64,000 bases of DNA, from IMG/VR virus record IMGVR_UViG_3300020577_006105; one strand, 5' to 3'. A program made the position numbers and the translations under genes. Source of the stretch: a virus. Taxonomy: Duplodnaviria > Caudoviricetes. The notes beneath the pieces are model-generated. The model worked only from the letters and a program-made list of their open reading frames with translations, ran no database searches and was not told the origin of the DNA. Of the stretch, positions 54,601 to 64,000 are shown piece by piece; position 1 is the first letter of the stretch; every line of letters starts with the position of its first letter.

Positions 54601-57600
54601 GTGGAATCCGGCAACGTAAATGTGAATTCAGCAGACCAGAAATTTGGATACAGTACATCAGACGCAACAATATCAACGTTAGCAGTATCTAGAAGTGTGA
54701 CTGGTGCGCCATTCACATCGGTTGACCATATTGTGAATCTCAGATAGTTGTCAAGCAATGCCGTAGGATTGTCGTGCGTCTCTGGGTACTCTACAGACAG
54801 ATAAGCGGCCACTCTGATTACATCTGTTTGACCAGTCACAGGCTTAAATGTTTGCGCTATGTACTGTCCGTCAAACTCCTCTGATATTGAAACTGTTGGC
54901 CTTGTTTGTAAACACGCATTTACATTGTTGGGGTCTGGTCGATGCCAGGTGTCTCCGTCGTCGTCTGAGTAGAAAATACCGCTTTCTGTGGCAGCAATCA
55001 GGCATTGTCCATCGAACACCAAATCATAAACCGCTATATTGTCGTTGTTTATCCTTTCGCATCTATCATATGTGGTACCATCGTTGTACGAGCGATATAC
55101 ACCATAATCTGTGCCCACAAAAATCTTACTGAGTGGTTCGACACCATCAGCACAAGCACGTGTTGTTAGTGCATAGCAGTTGCACGTAATTCCGGCTAGA
55201 TTATGGCTTTCGGCATGAAAGTCAAGACCGCCGGCATCAGATGGGTCGCACCATCGCCAGTTCCTAACCTTGTAAACACCATTGCTGGTCAAGATGTGAA
55301 TGGGTATTGGTTGTTTTGCAGTGCTTCCATCACATGTTGGCCTAGGCAATCCTCTGAAAATACGATAGATTTTCACAGGGACTTGAATCGTATTGCCATC
55401 TGCATTGGTGTACGAAACCTCGAGTGGGTTGTCACCAAACATTTCACGACCGGTCAAAAACGCAGAATAAGTTCCCGAAGTAGCACCGTTGGTTACACCA
55501 AACAAACCATTTTCTGTACACAAATATAGTGCGTCGATTTCTTGTTGTTCGCCATTATCCTTAATGCGTATGAACTTGTTTTTCCACAAACCATAAACCT
55601 TGGTTTCTGCGACTGGCATAAACGGGTCAGACGTAAACTCGCTATCGCCAACAGTCCACACAAACGCTAATCCATCGCTTTTGCCAAACGCCTCAAATGT
55701 ACCATCAAACCAATCTCCACTGTCGTGTGCAAATATGTTTTGTGGATACAATGGATTGGCAGTCCACTCTCCGCCTATTCTTTGCCACAGTCCATTATTG
55801 GCCCCAATTGTAAGCGTACTTTCTCGACTTTTGATGAAGTACACTCTATTAGATTCGTCAAGTGCCGATTCCTTCTTCCATCGGGAGTCTTCATAAATCC
55901 AAACACCCTTGTCGGTACCAATTCGCATGCCTTCGCCGGTTTGGTCGACGTCATATAATGCGTAAATGCTTCTAGGGTTGTATGGAACGTCAAGTTCTGA
56001 AGGTTCAAGTTTGGAGCACACATTGGACGATGAACCAAGCGGGTCAAACGAATCAACCAATGAATTAAAGAAAAATGCTCCCTTGGGTCCACGGTCAGCA
56101 CTAAACCCAGGCCCAGGTGACCGCGAAAAATTGGTGTAAAAGTTAGCGTCCTTTTCCTCGGCTGTCATTGACATCTGAATAGTGTTGACGCCAATCAGCG
56201 AGTTCATGTGATATGTCTGATTGGAAGTAGCTTGACTTATGACATCTTCAATGCCGAGCACATTTGTGATTTCAACCAAATACACTTCTGTGAAATCTGC
56301 CGGGAATGTATTGGTGCCCTGTCTGTCATGTGCGAGATAAACCCGATTGTTGTCAGGGTCTACAACAACACTAACGCGTTCTTGGAACGAACGATATCTA
56401 AGTTCTAACAGGACAGCAGATGTTGGAACTGTGGTGCGGTCTTTGAGGATGATTTCAGTGCCAGCCACTGCGTTTCCAACCAATTCGTAAGCCAGTTTTG
56501 TCAGTGCGGTCAATCCAGCCACTGTAGCATTGAATAATTCTTCGTGCGGTGTGCTTCCTACATTCGAAATATATGCGCCGGCACGAATGATGGTCACCTT
56601 CACAACATCCTCAGAGCTCAATGTTGACGAGAAGCTAATTCGACCCTCATCTGGATACAGCGTGTATGGAATTTCTGCTACGCTATCATTGATGTACACA
56701 ACCACATCTGCATTCAGTGGATTCCATGGGCTAACGTAGTACTCTGTGTACACGCGCTCATATACATATGAAGTCCATGGTGTTTGTGCATCTACAAATG
56801 TGACAGCTTGCGTGTCTGCATCAACGGTGTAGTCCAAATCTGACAATCGCTCAAGTGTTGCAGTGTCGTATATTGTAACCGTATCGTACTGTGTGAATTG
56901 TTGAGAATTTCTTTTCCAGGTCTCGCAACTATCTGTTGACCTCCAAATACCTCGAGTAGAACCAACATAAATGCTTCCATCCGATGTTGACCACGCATAT
57001 ATTGGAGAGTCTTGTTCGCTGTTAGACCATGTTTTTGAGGTTACAGTTGGTGTTTCTAGGACATTATCGTCATCATATGTCAAAACCATGCTTCGGCATC
57101 TGTTGCTGCCCAACTTGGCCAAAACAAAAAACTGATTGCTTGTGTCTGCTTGTAAAACTGCTGAAGTAAACAGTTCTCCAGCACCATAAGCTATTCTGTA
57201 CCACAAATTGTTGTATGTGATATTGGAGCCATCTACACTGCATAGCCACCCAGAGCCATTCAGACTACCACCACCGTCAACTTGCACTCGAACTGTACTA
57301 AGTTGCGAACCAGCAACAAGGTTCAGGTTGGCACCATCAAATTCATAAACACCGTTTTCAGAGGCGTCTGATTGGTTTTTCACCAGAACTCGGTCGCCAA
57401 TACCGAGTGTATATCCGTCTACCGATGCCACAGCCGGCAAAGTTATGGCGTCGATGGTTGCAACCTGCACCTCAAACAACACAGTGCCAACGTCTGCCAG
57501 AGGGTGAGTCCACATATCTCGACCGCTGCCGTCTGGATTGGTTTCAACAATGTGTTCTCCAGAATGCGAAATATAGGTCGCATCATCCGTCCACCAAATC

Positions 57601-59768
57601 AACTGGTTCTGTGCGTTGCCGCTTCGTATCCAATAGAAACCCTTGACTTCTTCGGTGTTCAATCGGTCTCCGTTGATATAGAATCCATCATCGGCACCGA
57701 CATATACGGTTCGGTCTTGACTCTCGATTGAGCTACCATCCGCACTATAAGTGATATTCTTGGTGCAAATTTCTTGAATTGTGTACACTAAGTCTTCGGC
57801 ATATGCTTCTTTGCTCCAAACCCAATCATTACTAGCTGTTCCCTCTGGTATATTGGCTGTCCAAACACCGTGGTCTGTGGCCAGGTAGTATAGTGTTGAA
57901 TACTCAAAAACCTTAACTCCGCTATTGGTTTCACTTTGTGTCTTTTGTGTCGATACCCAGAAGTCAGTGGCACCAGATATAACATCTGCATCAATCGGCA
58001 TCCTGATAGCTGCCCAGCTTGCGCCCTGATTCTCGCTGACATATAGCTTTCCAAGTGTGTCTCGCCCCGGTTGTGTTATGAGATAAATTTCGTTGAAATG
58101 ATTTGTCTGAGACCCATCTTGCAATAGGTTGTCAATTGTCTTCTTGGGCCTTCCTCTGTCTGGATTCCATGTTGACAATAAAATACCAGACGATATGTCT
58201 GATGTCTGCATGAGACCACGTCTTGTGCTGAGCAAATATGGACTTTCGTCAATGTTCACTGTTAGGTATGCGTGATAAACCTCGGTTGCATGTTGTAATT
58301 CAGATGAAAGAATTTCTGGATAGTATCTGTAGTCATCACCAAGCTGGAATAATCTCTTCGTTGGCCGCAACTCTGCCACTTCTTGGTATCGAACTAATCC
58401 AACATGGTCTAGTTGTCTTATCCGCGTAGGGTCAAGTGTGCCTCTGGTTACTGTACTTGCATCAAGGTTCTCAAGCCGCTCTCCAGAAATGGTGTTTTCA
58501 ATCTCTTGACCAAGTTCTGTTAATACAAGCGTAAGGCTCTCTGATGTGTAAATACTTCCGTCAAGTGCTGGGTTGAAATTGATGCTACCGTCTTCTGGGG
58601 TGATTTCGTACAAATCACTGTCAACAAGCGCCTCATCCAAGAACACTTGTGCATCGCGATATAATCCACTATCCCAAGTAAAAATAACCTCGTGCTCTTG
58701 TCCGTTTTCATCTACTTCTGTACTGCCGTCTGTTATGTAGATGGGTCGCAATCTATCTGGGTTTAAGCCTTGATAGCTGTCGGTTATCAAGGAATCTTCG
58801 TGCATTCTCAGTGGGATTTGGTCAAACAATGGCATCACAATCGTGATGGCCGAGCCTGCAGGCAGACTGTTTTTCAGGAATATCCGTCTAGACGCCACGC
58901 TAATTGTGTAGTCATTTTCAGACAAAACCTCGTCATCAAGTCGCACAATAGGTATACCAAAGCCACCGTTGTTCCACTTGTCAAGATACTCATTAGGCAC
59001 CACAATACTGAGAATAGTTGAACCTGCTGGACCAACTGTCTCGAGTACGACATATGTGCTAAGTTGAATCTTGCTTGGGTGGTCAAAGCCACCAAGATGA
59101 ACGTGACGATAAAACGCCAAGTCAAGCGCTTCTTGAAGTGCTCCTTCTAGATTGCGCAATGCCTTTCTGCGCTCATCATATGTCACACTCAGGACAAAAC
59201 CCTCGCCAGGATACGACTCGTGCTCTGTGACCTCTACAGTCGCCAAATATGTAGCAGTGGCTCGTTCATCATGTTCGTACAGTCCGTCTTCTGGCACGGT
59301 AATATGACATCGTCCTTCTGACGCTAGGCACAAACCTGATTCTGCCCATACGTAAAACACTGTATCTGGTGTTTGGAATCTAAAATAGGCGTCTTGTACT
59401 GTTTCGGCCGCGAATACACCAACAATTCCAGTCCCTGAAGAAACCTTGACAATTTGTCCCCATGCCAACTCGTCCATCAATGACGGGCTGCCCAACAACT
59501 CATATACCTTTGCTAAATACGTTCCGGCCTCAGCATCAATCAATGAACTGCGCTCAGCAAGTTCATCACTGCCAATCGTATCTCCGCGCAAGTCGGATGG
59601 CATCATTGTGACTTCCCATTCGTCTAACACGCCTGGCCCCACAAATTGATACAGCGCACTGAATTGATTTTCAGTTGTGACCATGTTGCGCTCGTCGTAC
59701 CCTGGGTACCATACGTCGCGAAGCTCAGTGAGCGTGTAGAATCGGTAGATATCAGTGATTTTTGGCAT
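51678..59768 (-). CDS. Giant multidomain baseplate/tail protein (2696 aa)
   Basis: Asp-box propeller repeats (SENQGASW, STDSCETW, SYNDGTTY, SDDDGDTW), fibre motif VATIDAITL...GDRVLVKNQ...ENGVY, VWA/MIDAS VIDDSQSM...VGDGDD, repeated V.V...Y......G.I.F small domains, two C-terminal Ig-like repeats; very acidic. Confidence 0.75.
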   Translation of the reverse strand: MPKITDIYRFYTLTELRDVWYPGYDERNMVTTENQFSALYQFVGPGVLDEWEVTMMPSDLRGDTIGSDELAERSSLIDAEAGTYLAKVYELLGSPSLMDELAWGQIVKVSSGTGIVGVFAAETVQDAYFRFQTPDTVFYVWAESGLCLASEGRCHITVPEDGLYEHDERATATYLATVEVTEHESYPGEGFVLSVTYDERRKALRNLEGALQEALDLAFYRHVHLGGFDHPSKIQLSTYVVLETVGPAGSTILSIVVPNEYLDKWNNGGFGIPIVRLDDEVLSENDYTISVASRRIFLKNSLPAGSAITIVMPLFDQIPLRMHEDSLITDSYQGLNPDRLRPIYITDGSTEVDENGQEHEVIFTWDSGLYRDAQVFLDEALVDSDLYEITPEDGSINFNPALDGSIYTSESLTLVLTELGQEIENTISGERLENLDASTVTRGTLDPTRIRQLDHVGLVRYQEVAELRPTKRLFQLGDDYRYYPEILSSELQHATEVYHAYLTVNIDESPYLLSTRRGLMQTSDISSGILLSTWNPDRGRPKKTIDNLLQDGSQTNHFNEIYLITQPGRDTLGKLYVSENQGASWAAIRMPIDADVISGATDFWVSTQKTQSETNSGVKVFEYSTLYYLATDHGVWTANIPEGTASNDWVWSKEAYAEDLVYTIQEICTKNITYSADGSSIESQDRTVYVGADDGFYINGDRLNTEEVKGFYWIRSGNAQNQLIWWTDDATYISHSGEHIVETNPDGSGRDMWTHPLADVGTVLFEVQVATIDAITLPAVASVDGYTLGIGDRVLVKNQSDASENGVYEFDGANLNLVAGSQLSTVRVQVDGGGSLNGSGWLCSVDGSNITYNNLWYRIAYGAGELFTSAVLQADTSNQFFVLAKLGSNRCRSMVLTYDDDNVLETPTVTSKTWSNSEQDSPIYAWSTSDGSIYVGSTRGIWRSTDSCETWKRNSQQFTQYDTVTIYDTATLERLSDLDYTVDADTQAVTFVDAQTPWTSYVYERVYTEYYVSPWNPLNADVVVYINDSVAEIPYTLYPDEGRISFSSTLSSEDVVKVTIIRAGAYISNVGSTPHEELFNATVAGLTALTKLAYELVGNAVAGTEIILKDRTTVPTSAVLLELRYRSFQERVSVVVDPDNNRVYLAHDRQGTNTFPADFTEVYLVEITNVLGIEDVISQATSNQTYHMNSLIGVNTIQMSMTAEEKDANFYTNFSRSPGPGFSADRGPKGAFFFNSLVDSFDPLGSSSNVCSKLEPSELDVPYNPRSIYALYDVDQTGEGMRIGTDKGVWIYEDSRWKKESALDESNRVYFIKSRESTLTIGANNGLWQRIGGEWTANPLYPQNIFAHDSGDWFDGTFEAFGKSDGLAFVWTVGDSEFTSDPFMPVAETKVYGLWKNKFIRIKDNGEQQEIDALYLCTENGLFGVTNGATSGTYSAFLTGREMFGDNPLEVSYTNADGNTIQVPVKIYRIFRGLPRPTCDGSTAKQPIPIHILTSNGVYKVRNWRWCDPSDAGGLDFHAESHNLAGITCNCYALTTRACADGVEPLSKIFVGTDYGVYRSYNDGTTYDRCERINNDNIAVYDLVFDGQCLIAATESGIFYSDDDGDTWHRPDPNNVNACLQTRPTVSISEEFDGQYIAQTFKPVTGQTDVIRVAAYLSVEYPETHDNPTALLDNYLRFTIWSTDVNGAPVTLLDTANVDIVASDVLYPNFWSAEFTFTLPDSTSTYALVAEEVPDPGAGGTKVFRWHKTTLDNPYTDGKAFKYDGSWSTIDGYNGGIADLFFRVHFDPEPEATETVVSVDLSEGEGRGFIATDSNALTTDFKIAAAWVIDDSQSMDWGDPDNDLGDGSRGDSLTSLMNKIWRRTKYITVDSDTYYPSWGSVYTFGTSIIDRTGGYTNDPDQLAIYLGGLFERGTKSTLNEAAQLATTTMFPQAIIESILESDDWSVLVGEVVEYLNDPSKQLLRLDDIVTWFESEPVGTRSDWPYDDPSDEVKINAIKDYEDVSEYVITRWANTFMPIIVVVGDGDDTGSQTAENVALSAVAGWPQHGTKIIALGTETSQRQTDLKTMGDESGGIYATIKRGASGGDWESVEGTLMHTGDNSIFASSWTKSIDFDESTWIRNVEAGFSADPGSSCSIQYRFTQNRVDWSSWITLESGISSTVDCLVYGLEFTVSMSDGWDEFNEVPIRPQVNSITYTEVTPGRKYLVTEARDIDGMLFEYLLSPVIDIPRTSSITWGIVRGNSTDFADFETVRTNRKGCLPNRQQSIQFSDEIVQELLNTSTVDNIAYQVLDGNGEPTNWLPDDTIKVYIGGVEVRYDPENPYYTYDYALGIVYFRDEQPAGTQVRVTIITPQKLYVYDGEPTTTTDNRVYHAVNGRWPYDATVVVLVNGNIQRGGYWTSPEEGLIVFLKEREVSDIVTVYIQHAGVFRVGCEVLDYSNTSVNVERFGVYYTQRTNRSIIFSYQNPDPPQVVDGTLMISPGDDATAYTRLTIEYEYLSPNDAKERQTTTSWWRYRPGEDTGIYSEVDDNDFVRIAAINGFVGGEDYDNRTVQRLIDIGTLDLFKDGDRWYVKVAPHDGFSYGDEVDSLPSIMLGDNSPPWVTGANVSSPQKTTIDGKYYVPAGATVTAQYVFEDIDGTNDESVVTWYNKDSEESLYVGVSLPIELVTSGRVLSFIVSPYDGQNYGTSVRSDEVTVL

Positions 59769-59797
59769 GGTCAGCTAAAGTATTTGTACAGACCACA

Positions 59798-62700
59798 TCA
59801 CATGAAGTTCATGTCTTCATCGCCGGCATCCAAAATCACACCAAATTCATCAACTACTGCTGGGTTGATTGAATCTATAGACACAATCATAATGCCAAAA
59901 CGAATCTTTGATGATGTAGTTGGCAACGCAAAGATTCTATTTGGTGTAATCTCCTCGTACTGTGCAAAATCAAATGTTGCTCCTTCTTCGTCGCTTGTTG
60001 TGTATCCGTATTTGATGATTCCGCCGTTTGGAAGACTGTTGGCTGTCAAAATACCCCTGCGGAATTCTGGTGCCGGCACGGTCGCGCTATAGTTTGAAGT
60101 ATCAAACATGGTTGTGAAGAAGTACGATGCATCTGCTTCCAAATAGCTTAGTGTAACAGCGTGTACCACAGGAGACACATTCTGTTGCGCAGTGATAAGT
60201 TCGAGTTTGAATTGCAACCACTTTTTCTGCTCAATTGGTTCAAGATTAAACTCATCTACCAACGCAGTGTCTACATATCCAGAATCCGTTTCTGGTGGGA
60301 TAGTTGACCGAGTATATGCCTCACCCCAGTCTGCCGCCAGGAGTTCGTCTCGAGTGTCGCCTGTTCTAACGTACAGATTGACCTCTACACCCTGCTCAAG
60401 CCCAGCGACCTGCTCAGTCCCCGCCGATAGCGTTGCGGCGAATGAAATCATATCCCATCTGGTCAACGCTGCGACATAGAATGGTACAGACTCGTATCGA
60501 CCACTGATTCTTAGTCTTCGGTCAGGCGCGTATAGCGCACCGTTTTGTTGAGGTGTAAACGTGGCGACAATCTGCTTATCTGTGGTGACTTGATAGATTT
60601 TGCCACTCGATACAATCTCATCCCCGCGTCTCTCTGTGTCCTCAAGAATGAAATCGTTGGTAAGTACGGTTGAGGCAGTAATGTTGCCTGCCACATCTTG
60701 GAACCTTGCATACACACGTCGAACTCGTGATGATATTGGACTTGTATCAAGAGAGTGCAACCTGCCGTCACTTCCCGCATAAATGTACGCATTGCTGAAC
60801 TCGCACACATCATAAAGTGTTGCCCTTGAGTCAACAACATTATCCAAGAATAGATTTTCAGCAGGTACGGTGGTCTTGGTTATGTTTGCGCTTGCCCATT
60901 TGAAGTGAATATCAAAATCACCAGTAGACCGGTATACCTCAACTCGAATCGGGACCATTTGGCCAGCAATTAACTCATATGTGGCTGATTTTTCACCAAG
61001 AGATGGTGTATCCCAGTTGTCTATGAGCAATTCACCACCAGTCCAATCATCACCGTCAAGTTCACCACCAATATAGACTCTGAAACCCTCTGCACCATCG
61101 GCATAGATGGTATATGTATCAGTGAAGTCTGCACGCATATATCCAGTCCAACATGCATTCTGATATGTCGTGTTAATTGATGGGGTTAATGTTGCCGCAT
61201 ACGTCAAGATATCATCTTGGTCGACTACATATTCTGTTACAGTCGCTTGCTCTAAACCGCCTGGCAAGTACTGTGTGTCTTTGTAATTGCTAACATCGCT
61301 CTCAGTGTAGACAGCAGTCACACCATCGCTGTAGATTGCCGGTCCCTCAATAGATGAATATGTTTGTTCTGGCACATAGTAAACCTGCAGTCCTATGTCT
61401 GTAACAAACCAAACAAAATTGCCGTCTGAACTGGCTTTAATTTGATAGTATTGCTCTGCGTCACTGGTTTGCGGTGGAATGTCCCATTGTGTGGCAGTAC
61501 CAGTGTTGTCAAATGACAATGTGTGAATTATGCCACCAGACATACCGGCCCAAAGAACGCCAGCTCCATACCCCATTGCATCAACTCTGTCAGTGCTAGT
61601 GTCTCGAGACGGAGTCCATGCAATGCCGTCATACAGATAGATAACACCACCGCTTGTGTTGGTATCATCACTCAGGCCTACAAATAGATACTTGGATGTT
61701 GACGCCATACAACTGACGTATTTGCCAGAAAAGCTCTTGGCGTTGGTCGTGCTTGTGCCGTCATAAGAGTATACATACGATATATCGTCGCCGTCTCTGG
61801 ATGTACCAATCCACAATACCCCACCAAATGATTGCAAAGCAGTGATTCCTGGTAGCGATGTGGACGGATTGATGTGTGTGTACGACGAGCCGTTGGATGT
61901 TCGGTAAACGCGGCCGTCACTAAGGCCAATATAGACATCATCGCGATGTGTGGTAATCGCTTGGATATTTCCACTGAATGTTTGAGACAATGACATGCCA
62001 TCTGTGCTCGACCAGGTGTATGCTTGCGTGGTTGTAAATGCTATCAGCGTGGTGCCCATAGATGTTACAAACTTAATCGAGCTACTGAGTTTGCCTCTTT
62101 GGTGCATCCACAAACGATTAACATTTACTAGTTCCCAATCTACCAAAGAAACACCGTCTGTGTAATCAAACCAACCATCGGCACCAGCAGTAGAGAAATC
62201 CGCGGCATCTCTGAAGTCTGAAAAGTGTGAGATTTGCGCTCTGCTAACGTGACTTACATCATCATAAGCGGCAAATGTGAGTTCACCAGAACCAGTTGCC
62301 GCATACACATTTCCACCGTGTCGAACTCGAACTCCGGCTGTTTTGACCGCGTTGGCAAAATTGACAGTGTAGTACTCTTTTGTAATGTCGTTGGCTATGC
62401 CATAAAATACTGGCGACCATTGGTCTGTGGGTTTCATCCTGGCATCAATCAAGACTGCCTTTGGAACCGTGCTGACACAGCAATATTTGACACCTTTTAC
62501 TTCTGGATATTCAGATTCTGTTTTTGGTAATGATTTGCTAATTGCGTGTATGTTACCAGTGCCTATGATTTCATAAAGACTCTCATCATCGGCACCGGCA
62601 AGCTCTCCGGCTTTCCTTACTGGCCTGCCTGCTATGTTCTCAAGATAGTTTGTGCCAGCAATTGCATCACCACTAGAGTCAACTGCCTCAAACAGATGCA

Positions 62701-63523
62701 CCTTGATACCACCCGACGCTGCGTCTTCATTGAGAATCACTTGACCATACGGCGCAACTGTATCCAGCAAAACTGTGGTGTATGGAAAACCTCTTCGATA
62801 TTCAAGTAACCTCGCATCAATGTTGATTGTTGCGGCATCCGGACCAAATGGTTCATCACTCAATCCACCAAGTATTTCTAGCAGACTATATGAGTAGCCT
62901 GGTGTCATGTTAAGTGCGTTAAGCAAGTAGAAGGACGACAGGTAATTGGCTGGACCGGCAGTGTCTGTAACAGAACCAGCACTGACAGTGTTGATGTATG
63001 TTACTTCAACAATATCACCGAACCTAACTGGACTACTTAGCGTTAGCCTAACAGTTCTAAGGTCGTAATAGTCAGAAGCACCTCTTCTGACAGCAGATGT
63101 AACACCCCTTAGAATACCATTGACCAGAACATAAAAGTCTGTGATGCTGACGGCCGGCAGAATACCACCAGGTGTGTACATCTGGTTTATGGTGACGTCT
63201 ACAATGCTTGCATTAGCTATTGCTCCAACCGCGCCAAGAAAACCCGCAGGGGTTTGAACTCCGCCGCTTGGCGCCATGGTTTCTGCAAATTGTGCTAATA
63301 CTGATTGGCTGTAGGATTCGAATGCCGTGAAATCATCTATTCCACTTAGTGTGATTGACAAACTTGGCACATCAGAAGACAGATTTTCGTCAGACAACCC
63401 ATCTGCTGGTATTGAGTCAGCAGCCATCGACCCATGCGCTGGATATGAAATACCATGTGCATAAGTGTTCGCAGGCAATGAACCTGGGTCTATAGGTTGT
63501 GGTTCGTAATCGTCTTGAGGCAT
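59798..63523 (-). CDS. Large tail/baseplate protein with beta-propeller and PA14 domain (1241 aa)
   Basis: Propeller blades (IQAITTHRDDVYIG, ITALQSFGGVLWIG, VDAMGYGAGVLWAG); PA14 signature WTGYMRADFTDTYTIY..GAEGFRVYI...LIDNW...AGQMVPIRVE...FKW...VPAENL. Confidence 0.75.
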   Translation of the reverse strand: MPQDDYEPQPIDPGSLPANTYAHGISYPAHGSMAADSIPADGLSDENLSSDVPSLSITLSGIDDFTAFESYSQSVLAQFAETMAPSGGVQTPAGFLGAVGAIANASIVDVTINQMYTPGGILPAVSITDFYVLVNGILRGVTSAVRRGASDYYDLRTVRLTLSSPVRFGDIVEVTYINTVSAGSVTDTAGPANYLSSFYLLNALNMTPGYSYSLLEILGGLSDEPFGPDAATINIDARLLEYRRGFPYTTVLLDTVAPYGQVILNEDAASGGIKVHLFEAVDSSGDAIAGTNYLENIAGRPVRKAGELAGADDESLYEIIGTGNIHAISKSLPKTESEYPEVKGVKYCCVSTVPKAVLIDARMKPTDQWSPVFYGIANDITKEYYTVNFANAVKTAGVRVRHGGNVYAATGSGELTFAAYDDVSHVSRAQISHFSDFRDAADFSTAGADGWFDYTDGVSLVDWELVNVNRLWMHQRGKLSSSIKFVTSMGTTLIAFTTTQAYTWSSTDGMSLSQTFSGNIQAITTHRDDVYIGLSDGRVYRTSNGSSYTHINPSTSLPGITALQSFGGVLWIGTSRDGDDISYVYSYDGTSTTNAKSFSGKYVSCMASTSKYLFVGLSDDTNTSGGVIYLYDGIAWTPSRDTSTDRVDAMGYGAGVLWAGMSGGIIHTLSFDNTGTATQWDIPPQTSDAEQYYQIKASSDGNFVWFVTDIGLQVYYVPEQTYSSIEGPAIYSDGVTAVYTESDVSNYKDTQYLPGGLEQATVTEYVVDQDDILTYAATLTPSINTTYQNACWTGYMRADFTDTYTIYADGAEGFRVYIGGELDGDDWTGGELLIDNWDTPSLGEKSATYELIAGQMVPIRVEVYRSTGDFDIHFKWASANITKTTVPAENLFLDNVVDSRATLYDVCEFSNAYIYAGSDGRLHSLDTSPISSRVRRVYARFQDVAGNITASTVLTNDFILEDTERRGDEIVSSGKIYQVTTDKQIVATFTPQQNGALYAPDRRLRISGRYESVPFYVAALTRWDMISFAATLSAGTEQVAGLEQGVEVNLYVRTGDTRDELLAADWGEAYTRSTIPPETDSGYVDTALVDEFNLEPIEQKKWLQFKLELITAQQNVSPVVHAVTLSYLEADASYFFTTMFDTSNYSATVPAPEFRRGILTANSLPNGGIIKYGYTTSDEEGATFDFAQYEEITPNRIFALPTTSSKIRFGIMIVSIDSINPAVVDEFGVILDAGDEDMNFM

Positions 63524-63577
63524 AGCGTCTGTCCGTTGGATTTAACCCTTGGGTTAATAGCGAGTTCCAATCGCTGA

Positions 63578-64000
63578 TTATCCTAGCGAGAACAGATACT
63601 GCTGACTCGCAAGCGTATTACCCTTGACAAGTGGACTTGGATACCAAGCAGCCTTGGCAAGCAACACTCCGCCAGCAGGAAATGTGCTTACTGCCGCAGG
63701 CGGCGGAACCGCCACGCTACCCACCAATGCTTCTGTCCAATGGAATTGAGCCTCTGAAGCGTCGTAGTCAGTTTGCCAAGTTAGTGTAGGCAGACCGTCA
63801 ACCAGTCCTTCAGTTGGGTAACTAGCCGCAACTGCGCGATATGCTTTGTCTGAACCATATCCAGATGCCGTTAGGTCTGCTGCGTTGTTTCTACCCGAAA
63901 TAACGACATACGTGCCACTAGAGCGCGAATATCGTAATGGTTTTGTGAACGTAATTGTTCTGGCTAGAGGACTTCCACTTGCGGCAGAAACCGTTGCTAC
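63578..64000 (-). CDS. 3' part of a structural (baseplate/tail-collar-like) protein, start outside window
   Basis: Hand translation: VATVSAASGSPLARTITFTKPLRY...WQTDYDASEAQFHWTEALV...GVLLAKAAWYPSPLVKGNTLASQYLFSLG*, stop TAA at 63578-63580. Confidence 0.7.
   Translation of the reverse strand, partial: VATVSAASGSPLARTITFTKPLRYSRSSGTYVVISGRNNAADLTASGYGSDKAYRAVAASYPTEGLVDGLPTLTWQTDYDASEAQFHWTEALVGSVAVPPPAAVSTFPAGGVLLAKAAWYPSPLVKGNTLASQQYLFSLG

Noticed and set aside
1-64000. Stop-codon reassignment, as found in some huge phages
   Set aside because: Multi-kb ORFs are intact in code 11, and TAA, TAG (e.g. 16279, 20048, 51678) and TGA all end genes at sensible positions.
1-64000. tRNA/rRNA genes
   Set aside because: Intergenic gaps are short and none showed a cloverleaf with a T-loop and acceptor stem by eye; a tRNAscan/Infernal run would be needed to exclude them fully.

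Overview
This 64-kb window is best read as part of a large ('jumbo/huge') tailed-phage genome in standard genetic code: very high coding density, frequent strand switches, giant virion/tail proteins at both ends, and bacterial-type maintenance genes between them. The virion proteins include a >2,900-aa modular tail-fibre ORF missing from the supplied ORF track because it runs off the left edge, 826-, 620-, 2696- and 1241-aa tail/baseplate-like proteins, an 1809-aa poly-TolB-propeller protein and two tail-tube-like paralogues. The maintenance genes are RecD2, PIN-PhoH, GyrB/GyrA-like type IIA topoisomerase, RNase HII, DnaK, DnaJ plus a second J-domain protein, a UvsW-like helicase with a class-3 LAGLIDADG intein, S8, S1 and S26 peptidases, an RlaP-like nucleotidyltransferase, a macrodomain, a PAS-like protein and DUF1289. 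Reading the intergenic DNA by hand shows two promoter classes. (i) A fixed-spacing AGG-N19-[GT]AA motif (13 copies) precedes structural or uncharacterised genes. (ii) Sigma70-type (often extended) -10 boxes sit 5-8 nt before start codons of many enzyme genes, which suggests leaderless mRNAs. Many proteins in the AGG-N19 regulon share a short N-terminal [RK]-x-A-[QE] tag (MWYRLAQ, MRRFAQ, MHRINRYAQ) and/or a G-x4-A-x2-[VI] helical motif, which may be an undescribed capsid-targeting/processing system. The GyrA QRDR looks PVC-superphylum-like, a host hint. No tRNA, rRNA or CRISPR array was seen. All family assignments come from motif recognition by eye; no database search was run.
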